Positions 57,743 through 64,000 of a DNA stretch of 64,000 bases are shown here, in pieces; position 1 is the stretch's first letter, and every line of letters starts with the position of its first letter. The DNA comes from Alphaproteobacteria bacterium. GTDB taxonomy: Bacteria; Pseudomonadota; Alphaproteobacteria; UBA6615. A program made the translations under genes and the position numbers. The notes below the pieces were generated by a model that was not told the DNA's origin, did not search any database, and worked only from the letters and a program-made list of their open reading frames with translations. The stretch is from assembly GCA_021774445.1 (NCBI GenBank), contig JAJFJA010000056.1, positions 18,347-82,346 of the forward strand, given 5' to 3'.

Positions 57743-58891
57743 ATGTCGGTGGAGCTGCAACCCGAGGCCGAAATCTCGGCAGTGGCAAAACCGGACTCGC
57801 TCGACAAGGCCGATGCGGTCTCGGTAGCGTCGAACTGGAAGCTGGTCTGGTGGCGATTCAGGAAACATCGTCTGGCCATGGTCAGCGGCGTGGTGCTGAT
57901 CCTCATCGCGACTATTGCAGCGTTCCCCGGCTTTTTCAGTACCCAGGCGCCGCATGAGAGCGATTCCAAGGGATCGTTCATGCCGCCACAGGGCATCCAT
58001 TTTTGGGATGATGGCCCGGCGTTCTTCGTCAATGCGACGAAAGGTGCGCGTAACCCGCGAACCCTGCGCATGGAATGGGTGCTCGACGAAGGTGAGACGA
58101 TACCGCTACGCCTTTTCGGCCGTGGTTATGAATGGAAGGCGCTGGGACTGTTTCCGACCCGGCTACATCTTGTGGCGGTGGCCAATCCAGATACCGACAA
58201 GCCGATCCATCTGCTGGGTACGGACAGGTTAGGGCGGGATCAATGGTCGCGGTTGGTGCATGGCACCCAGGTCTCGCTGTCCATCGGCCTGCTCGCGGTG
58301 TTTCTCAGCACCGTTATCGGCATCGCGCTCGGCGGCATCTCGGGCTATTTCGGCGGCCTTGCCGATATGGTCATTCAGCGGGTGGTGGAGTTGCTGCAGT
58401 CGATACCGCCGATCCCAATTTGGCTGGCGCTGTCGGCGGCGCTGCCGCGGTCATGGTCGGTAACCACGACGTATCTGGCGATTACCGGGATCCTGGCGTT
58501 GATCACCTGGACCTCGTTGGCGCGGGAGGTGCGGGGGCGGTTCCTGGCGTTACGAGAAGAGGACTTCGTGGTGGCGGCCAAGCTATCGGGATGCAGCCAA
58601 ATGCGCATCGTGTTTCGGCATATGGTGCCGACCATGAATAGTCACATTATCGCTGCCGTGACCTTGGCCATTCCGGTGATGATCATCAATGAGACATTCC
58701 TGAGCTTCCTGGGACTGGGGCTGCGGCCGCCGGCGATCAGTTGGGGCGTGCTGTTGCAGGAGGCGCAGAACCTACAATCGGTGGCGCTGGCGCCGTGGCT
58801 GTTGCTGCCGGGCCTGGCGGTGATCATCACCGTGTTGGCCCTGAACATCTTGGGTGATGGATTGCGGGACGCCGCAGATCCCTATCACTGA
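57743..58891 (+). CDS. ABC transporter permease (DppC/OppC-like, N-terminally extended)
   Basis: Start chosen at MSVELQ (57743), just after the upstream stop. Core includes REEDFVVAAKLSGCSQMRIVFRHMVP. Confidence 0.8.
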   Translation: MSVELQPEAEISAVAKPDSLDKADAVSVASNWKLVWWRFRKHRLAMVSGVVLILIATIAAFPGFFSTQAPHESDSKGSFMPPQGIHFWDDGPAFFVNATKGARNPRTLRMEWVLDEGETIPLRLFGRGYEWKALGLFPTRLHLVAVANPDTDKPIHLLGTDRLGRDQWSRLVHGTQVSLSIGLLAVFLSTVIGIALGGISGYFGGLADMVIQRVVELLQSIPPIPIWLALSAALPRSWSVTTTYLAITGILALITWTSLAREVRGRFLALREEDFVVAAKLSGCSQMRIVFRHMVPTMNSHIIAAVTLAIPVMIINETFLSFLGLGLRPPAISWGVLLQEAQNLQSVALAPWLLLPGLAVIITVLALNILGDGLRDAADPYH

Positions 58892-58901
58892 TTCTCAGAT
58901 C

Positions 58902-59930
58902 ATGAATCCGGATCACATTTTGTCGGTGCGCGACCTGAAAACGCGCTTTCTTATGGATGAGGGCACGGCGAAGGCGGTGGACGGCGTCAGTTTCGATGTG
59001 AGTCCGGGTCAGGTCGTGGGGATCGTCGGCGAAAGTGGCTGCGGCAAGAGCGTTACGATCAAGTCGATCCTCGGGATCGTGCAAAAACCCGGCGAGGTGG
59101 TCGGCGGGGAAATCTTATTTCGGCAGCGCGGCAATGGCGCGGCGGCAGCCGAGATGGTCGATTTGGCGAAGTTGGATGGTCGCGGCAAGGAGATGCGGGC
59201 CATTCGCGGAAGCGACATCGCCCTGATACCGCAGGAGCCGATGGCGGCGCTTAGTCCGGTCCATACGATTGGCAATCAGTTGGTCGAAGCCGTGCGATTG
59301 CATCAGGACGTCAGCAAGCGGCGGGCGGAGGAATTGGCCATCGAGCGAATGACCGAAGTCGGCGTCCCGAACCCCGCAGAGCGCATGAGCATGTACTCGT
59401 GGGAACTTAGCGGTGGGCTACGCCAACGCGTGATGATCGCCATGGCCTTGTCATGCAGCCCAAGGCTGCTGATCGCGGATGAACCGACGACGGCGATCGA
59501 TGTGACGACACAGGCGCAGGTCCTGAGACTGCTGCGCGGCCTGCAACAGAATCACGGCATGGCGATTATCTTCATCACCCATGATTTGGGGGTTATTGCC
59601 CAGGTCGCGGATTATGTGGTGGTGATGTATCTCGGCCGGGTCATGGAAACCGGTCCGGTGGACGATATCTTCCACAACCCGCAGCATCCCTATACCAGGG
59701 CGTTGCTTGAATCGATTCCGTCCGTTCATGCGCTGTCGCGAGAGCCGTTGCCGACGATCGAAGGGTCGATCCCACATCCCTTCAACCGCCCGGCAGGCTG
59801 TCCGTTCGCACCGCGGTGCGTTGCGGCGATGCCGGGCAAGTGCGACCGGCGTACGCCAAAACCGACCCAGTTGAACGGTGGGCAATCGGTGAGCTGTTTT
59901 CTCCACAACGATGCGGCGGAGGAGGATTGA
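58902..59930 (+). CDS. ABC transporter ATP-binding protein (DppD/OppD-like)
   Basis: Walker A GESGCGKS, signature LSGGLRQRV, Walker [13 protein letters not shown], and a C-terminal oligopeptide-ABC extension with Cys motifs. Confidence 0.9.
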   Translation: MNPDHILSVRDLKTRFLMDEGTAKAVDGVSFDVSPGQVVGIVGESGCGKSVTIKSILGIVQKPGEVVGGEILFRQRGNGAAAAEMVDLAKLDGRGKEMRAIRGSDIALIPQEPMAALSPVHTIGNQLVEAVRLHQDVSKRRAEELAIERMTEVGVPNPAERMSMYSWELSGGLRQRVMIAMALSCSPRLLIADEPTTAIDVTTQAQVLRLLRGLQQNHGMAIIFITHDLGVIAQVADYVVVMYLGRVMETGPVDDIFHNPQHPYTRALLESIPSVHALSREPLPTIEGSIPHPFNRPAGCPFAPRCVAAMPGKCDRRTPKPTQLNGGQSVSCFLHNDAAEED

Positions 59931-61030
59931 TGCCGGTCGACGAGCCGCCGGAAACCAAGCAGACGCTGCTAGAGGTCAACGGGTTGTCGAAATACTTCCC
60001 GATCAAGAAGGGCGTGCTGCGTAAGATATTGGGACAGGTGCGCGCCGTCGATGACGTCAGCTTCGCGATCTACGAGGGCGAAACGCTTGGTCTTGTGGGC
60101 GAGAGCGGCTGCGGCAAGACGACGACGGCGCGCTGCATCATGCGCGCCATGGACCCTACCGCCGGCGAGATAATGTTCCGCAAAGCCTCCGGCGACATGG
60201 TCGATATCGCGGCGCTGCCGGAGAGAGAGATGCGGCCGCTACGCCGAGAGATCCAAATGATCTTTCAAGATCCCTACGGCTCGCTCAATCCGCGGATGAA
60301 CATTCTCGATATTCTGGGTGAGTCGCTGCTGGTCATCGGCGGCATGACCGATCGCGAGGAGCGCAGCGAACGGGTGGCGGAGCTGTTGCGGCTGGTCGGT
60401 CTGCGTCCGGAATATATGCAACGGTTTCCGCACGCGTTTAGCGGCGGCCAGCGGCAACGCATCGTGATCGCGCGGGCGCTGGCACTCAACCCGCGGCTGG
60501 TGGTGGCGGACGAGCCGGTTTCGGCGTTGGATGTGTCGGTGCAGGCTCAGGTGCTGAACCTGATGTTGAAGCTGCAACAGGAACTCAATCTAACCTATCT
60601 GTTCGTCGCGCATGATCTCAGCGTCGTGAAGCATATCTGCGATCGCGTCGTGGTCATGTATGTCGGCAAGATCGTCGAGGTGGCGCCGACGCAGGCATTG
60701 TATGAAAAGCCGAAGCACCCCTATACAGCGGCCCTGATGTCAGCGGTACCGGTGGCGGATCCGCGGCAGCGGGCGGCCATGACGCCGTTGGAGGGGGATG
60801 TGCCAAGCCCGGCCAATCCGCCGTCAGGGTGCTATTTTCATCCCCGTTGCCCTTACGCAGTGGATATATGCTCGCAACAACAGCCGGCCTTGGAAGAAGG
60901 GGCCCCGGGCCACTTCGTCCGTTGCCATCGAGCGGCGGAATTGTCCTTGTCGGGCATTGGAGATCTGGACCGGCCGCAAACCGTCGCCAGTGCCAGCAGC
61001 AGCGACGCGGGCGTCGGACCGATAGGCTAG
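59930..61030 (+). CDS. ABC transporter ATP-binding protein (DppF/OppF-like)
   Basis: Start codon overlaps the upstream stop (TGATG). Walker [10 protein letters not shown], signature FSGGQRQRI, Walker [13 protein letters not shown]. Confidence 0.9.
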   Translation: MPVDEPPETKQTLLEVNGLSKYFPIKKGVLRKILGQVRAVDDVSFAIYEGETLGLVGESGCGKTTTARCIMRAMDPTAGEIMFRKASGDMVDIAALPEREMRPLRREIQMIFQDPYGSLNPRMNILDILGESLLVIGGMTDREERSERVAELLRLVGLRPEYMQRFPHAFSGGQRQRIVIARALALNPRLVVADEPVSALDVSVQAQVLNLMLKLQQELNLTYLFVAHDLSVVKHICDRVVVMYVGKIVEVAPTQALYEKPKHPYTAALMSAVPVADPRQRAAMTPLEGDVPSPANPPSGCYFHPRCPYAVDICSQQQPALEEGAPGHFVRCHRAAELSLSGIGDLDRPQTVASASSSDAGVGPIG

Positions 61031-62109
61031 CGCCTTATCGGTCGGCAGTACTGATCTGCTGCGGCGAGAGCCCCACAGACGGATTTGGCAGAGGCCTCGC
61101 TGTCCAAGGAGCCGGCAAGGACACGAAAGAAGTGCCCCTTTTCCGGGATATCAATTTCCTCAACGGCAAGGGATAGGGCACCGAGGGCGCTCGGGTGGCG
61201 CTTTTGCAGGCGCTGCCATTCGTCCTCGACCAAACTGCCATCGCGTATTGAGACGAGATGGAGGCTCCAGGGTCCGTTGGCGGATGCCGAGCCGGTGTTG
61301 ACGGCGGCTAGGGGCTGCGGCTTGGCCGCAACCTCAACCGTCCCATCGTCTCCGGTCGATGGGGCATCGCCGGCTGGCGACCTGGCGATCTGCTGCACGG
61401 GCGGTTGGGTCGGGGCTGATCGTGCCGCCGCGACCGGAGTGGGCGTTGTTGCAACGGGTGTGGCGCTGACGGCCGGTGTGGCGGCCGCCGTGGCGGTCTT
61501 CGGCTCCGTCGGTGCGACCGCCGGCGGGGTCTTATCGAGATCGACGAGCGCTGCCGTAGCGGCCGTCTCGGTTGCTGGAGGCGTCGCTTCCGCGGTTACC
61601 GGCTGAGCCGCTACCGTTTTGTCCTCTATCGGTTGATCTTGGGCGGCCGGTTTGACCGCCACCTCAACACTGTTTCTGCGGGCCTGCACCAGCTGGGTCG
61701 GCGTCATCAGTTTTTCGATGTAACTCAGGCTGTTCTTGGCGTCTTCGTTGCCCCGAGTCGCGGAGAAGGTGAATAGCCTATGAGCCTCGACATAATCTTG
61801 CAGCACGCCGGTGCCGTTGCCGTACATGACGCCAAGATTGTATTGCGCGATCGCGTCGCCTTGCTCCGCCGCCAGGCGATACCAGCGGACCGCCTTGGTG
61901 TAGTCCTGGGGAACACCCAGACCCTTCTCATGCATGAAGCCCAGGCCGACTTGCGCCTTGATATCTCCTTGATCGGCCAAGGTTCGCCATTCATCGACGG
62001 CGACTTGGTAATCGCCCCGACTATAGGCCGCAAAACCGGCGGCAAAATCTGCATCGGCCTGGGTCACCATCGCGATGAGCGCGGCTATGACGATTACTGT
62101 CCGTTTCAT
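61027..62109 (-). CDS. Sel1-repeat protein with a Pro/Ala/Thr-rich linker and a C-terminal SPOR (septal peptidoglycan-binding) domain
   Basis: Signal peptide [20 protein letters not shown]. Sel1 repeats include [47 protein letters not shown]-terminal SPOR-like [10 protein letters not shown]...[11 protein letters not shown]...CGAL. Confidence 0.7.
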   Translation of the reverse strand: MKRTVIVIAALIAMVTQADADFAAGFAAYSRGDYQVAVDEWRTLADQGDIKAQVGLGFMHEKGLGVPQDYTKAVRWYRLAAEQGDAIAQYNLGVMYGNGTGVLQDYVEAHRLFTFSATRGNEDAKNSLSYIEKLMTPTQLVQARRNSVEVAVKPAAQDQPIEDKTVAAQPVTAEATPPATETAATAALVDLDKTPPAVAPTEPKTATAAATPAVSATPVATTPTPVAAARSAPTQPPVQQIARSPAGDAPSTGDDGTVEVAAKPQPLAAVNTGSASANGPWSLHLVSIRDGSLVEDEWQRLQKRHPSALGALSLAVEEIDIPEKGHFFRVLAGSLDSEASAKSVCGALAAADQYCRPIRR

Positions 62110-62209
62110 GCAGAGGAACATGCCCTGCCGCTGGTCGATGATCAAGGATGCAAGCACACCCGCCGTTGCTTTTCCGCGCAAGTGTAGCCGGTCGACAACG
62201 ACAGTCGCT

Positions 62210-62728
62210 CTATTGGTCGGCGCTGTTAGAAACGATGCGCTCGACCTCGTTTCGCACGATGCGATCGACCAGGGTCGGCAGATGACGGTCGAACCAGTCC
62301 TTGAGCAACGGCCGTAACAGACCACGCAAGCGTTGTTCTACCAGGTCCGGTAGATTCTGGTCGAGCCAGTCCTTCAACATGCCGGACATCGACGCCGAGG
62401 ACATGAAGGTCTCCAGTGCCGGGTCGAATGCAGCCTTGATATCAGCTTCTGCGCGATGGTCAGACTTGGGATGCACAACACTCGCGCTTGCTGGGTCATC
62501 CGATGTGGCCAGGCCGGATTCAAGCTCCGGTGCCGCCGCTTCCGTCGTGTATTTCGCCATAGGGTTCAAATTGATGATCTCGTTCTTGTCGTTGACCATC
62601 ACCGCCTCCACCTTGGGTTTGCCGCCAGATGAGGCGGAAGTATCGGGATCGCTCGTAACCACACGGCGGATTGATGCAAAAATCTCCTCCATCGAGGGTT
62701 CGCTCTTGCGATCTTGAGTTTCGTTCAT
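62210..62728 (-). CDS. popZ: PopZ-like polar organizing protein (DUF2497)
   Basis: N-terminus MEEIFASIRRVVTSD, an acidic and Pro-rich linker, and C-terminal LRGLLRPLLKDWFDRHLPTLVDRIVRNEVERIVS. These match the Caulobacter PopZ N- and C-terminal conserved blocks (MEEILASIRRIISED; LLRPLLKEWLDQNLPRIVE). Confidence 0.7.
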   Translation of the reverse strand: MNETQDRKSEPSMEEIFASIRRVVTSDPDTSASSGGKPKVEAVMVNDKNEIINLNPMAKYTTEAAAPELESGLATSDDPASASVVHPKSDHRAEADIKAAFDPALETFMSSASMSGMLKDWLDQNLPDLVEQRLRGLLRPLLKDWFDRHLPTLVDRIVRNEVERIVSNSADQ

Positions 62729-62997
62729 GTTTCCTGCACCGGTGTGCCAGGTATCGAGCGTGTGATGATATCGTGCGTGCCGATGATTCTTCTTAGGCCC
62801 GGCAGTAGCAACATCGGTGGAGAGGTACTTCCGCCGTTGCGAGATTTAGCTGATCACAGGTGGCAATCGGACCTAGTTCCGTGCGTTCGTAAGTGGTGCG
62901 CTTGCTCAATCTTGCGGCACGTCCAGGCAGCCGCCGGATATTCCTCTGTCCGGGCGGTCAGCAAGCAAGTTGGGCTGTGAGTAGGCGGTGGCGGGTT

Positions 62998-63228
62998 TCA
63001 GCCTTGTTCGGCGACTCGTTTGGGGGCCGGGTCGTCGACCTCCTGGCCGCCCGACGCTTGCTCCTTTTCCGCTTGGATCCGGTTGTAGACCTCGCGCCGA
63101 TAGACGCTGACATCGGGCGGGAACGTCAGGCCGAGCTTGATCGATTTCCCGCGGACATCGACGACGGTCAGCTCAATGTCGTCGTTGATGACAATAGACT
63201 CACCGATTTTTCGGGTCAGATAGAGCAT
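62998..63228 (-). CDS. csrA: Carbon storage regulator CsrA
   Basis: 76 aa. MLYLTRKIGESIVINDDIELTVVDVRGKSIKLGLTFPPDVSVYRREVYNRIQAEK matches the CsrA family throughout. Confidence 0.85.
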   Translation of the reverse strand: MLYLTRKIGESIVINDDIELTVVDVRGKSIKLGLTFPPDVSVYRREVYNRIQAEKEQASGGQEVDDPAPKRVAEQG

Positions 63229-63355
63229 TGTACCGTCCGGTGATCCCCCTTGGACACGCTCGCATCAGTGTATATCGCTTTACGAATTGTTAACAGGGCG
63301 ACGTGATACTAGGCAAATAGGCTGGCTTGACCCGCGTCCTGGGACCATTGCGCAT

Positions 63356-63775
63356 ATGATTTTCAACGACTTACCTATGCTGACGATGATGACCAAGAAG
63401 CTTTCTTGGCTGTCTCAGCGGACCGAGATGCTGGCGCAAAATATCGCGAATGTGGACACACCGGGCTTCAAGGCCCGGGATATGAAGGATGTGAGTTTCC
63501 GCGAATTGGTGGCGAAACAGCAGGGTCAGGTGGCGTTGACCGGCGCGCCACGGCTGACCAATGCCTCGCATATGCGGGGAACGGTCGCGGTGCGGGTGTT
63601 CAAAGACGAAAGGATGCCCGACCGGAGTGAGGCGGCCTTGGACGGGAATACGGTATCGGCCGAGCAGCAGATGCTGAAACTCGGCGAAACACAGGCGGCT
63701 CATCAGATGACGCTCAATCTCTACCGCAAGCAACTGAATATGCTGCGTACGGCGATCGGGCGCGGATCGGCATAA
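63356..63775 (+). CDS. flgB: Flagellar basal-body rod protein FlgB
   Basis: 139 aa with the N-terminal rod motif LSQRTEMLAQNIANVDTPGFKARD. Confidence 0.8.
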   Translation: MIFNDLPMLTMMTKKLSWLSQRTEMLAQNIANVDTPGFKARDMKDVSFRELVAKQQGQVALTGAPRLTNASHMRGTVAVRVFKDERMPDRSEAALDGNTVSAEQQMLKLGETQAAHQMTLNLYRKQLNMLRTAIGRGSA

Positions 63776-63811
63776 CGCTGACGGTCAATAGGCCGAGTGC
63801 GAGGCAATTGA

Positions 63812-64000
63812 ATGGATTTTGATAAAACGCTCAGTATCGCTGCCGCCGGCATGATGTCGCAGGGCGTCCGAGTGCGCGTTATCTCGGAAAACATCGCCAA
63901 CTCGGGATCGCTTGCCGAGTCGCCGGATGGTCAGCCCTACCGGCGCAAATTCGTGACCTTCAAGAATGCGCTCGACAGGGAACTCGGCACGAACGTGATG
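63812..64000 (+). CDS. flgC: Flagellar basal-body rod protein FlgC (N-terminal part; runs off the window)
   Basis: MDFDKTLSIAAAGMMSQGVRVRVISENIANSGS...GQPYRRKFVTF matches the FlgC N-terminus. Confidence 0.8.
   Translation, partial: MDFDKTLSIAAAGMMSQGVRVRVISENIANSGSLAESPDGQPYRRKFVTFKNALDRELGTNVM

Overview
This is a high-GC (about 63%) alphaproteobacterial chromosomal segment dominated by a large flagellar and chemotaxis super-locus, interrupted by three metabolic or transport islands. The window is gene-dense with many short overlaps, and antisense shadow ORFs are abundant, as expected at this GC content. I found no rRNA, tRNA, CRISPR array or obvious mobile element.

**Gene content, left to right:**
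- **1–7177, flagellin glycosylation island.** Partial HisF-like cyclase, HisH-like amidotransferase, a PseA/WbuX-type N-acetyl-sugar amidotransferase with a PP-loop, an AlkD-like protein, a Maf/DUF115 motility accessory factor, and a FlmG-like TPR plus GT41 (O-GlcNAc-transferase-type) protein.
- **7256–16164, sugar and amino-sugar catabolic island.** RpiR regulator, CUT1-type sugar ABC transporter, an unrecognised 392-aa protein, an SDR, and an N-acyl-D-amino-acid-deacylase-family amidohydrolase.
- **16250–26600, late flagellar genes, all on the minus strand.** Four tandem flagellin paralogs, an orphan 279-aa protein with an axial-protein-like C-terminus, flgL, flgK, a FlgN-like protein, a rod-binding FlgJ-like protein, and flgI.
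- **27394–32856, NitT/TauT-type ABC transporter plus dihydropyrimidinase.**
- **33594–38100, fliX-like gene, dksA, then flgH, flgA, flgG, flgF on the minus strand.**
- **38412–47323, plus-strand motor and chemotaxis block.** fliL, fliM with an unusual acidic N-terminal extension, a small membrane protein, a MotE-like protein, cheY, a bona fide cheZ, two tandem MotB-plug-like paralogs, and a 1145-aa secreted AMIN plus TPR protein.
- **47331–48993, fliP, fliO, a hypothetical and a stand-alone FlhB-C-terminal-like protein, all minus strand.**
- **50057–61030, GlcNAc-type catabolic island.** Enolase-superfamily dehydratase, ROK regulator, nagB, nagA, and a Dpp/Opp-type ABC transporter.
- **61027–64000.** Sel1-SPOR protein, a PopZ homolog, csrA, flgB, and partial flgC.

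**Regulatory signals read directly from the sequence:** near-consensus sigma-54 -24/-12 promoters upstream of flagellins 1, 2 and 4, of flgI and of flgF; arrays of the dyad GGCAA-N3-TTGCC (FlbD/ftr-like enhancer sites) upstream of flagellins 1 and 4; CtrA-box-like TTAA-N7-TTAAC near-matches upstream of the fliX-like gene and fliL; conserved 5'-UTR hairpins shared by the flagellin paralogs; and several strong intrinsic terminators.

**Most interesting candidates for undescribed biology:**
- The cheY–cheZ–MotB-like–MotB-like–giant AMIN/TPR block, as a possible stator-scaffold system.
- The coexistence of Maf and FlmG-like flagellin glycosyltransferase candidates.
- The orphan axial-like protein between flgL and the flagellins.
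- The unrecognised enzyme in the RpiR-controlled island next to the glycosylation genes.
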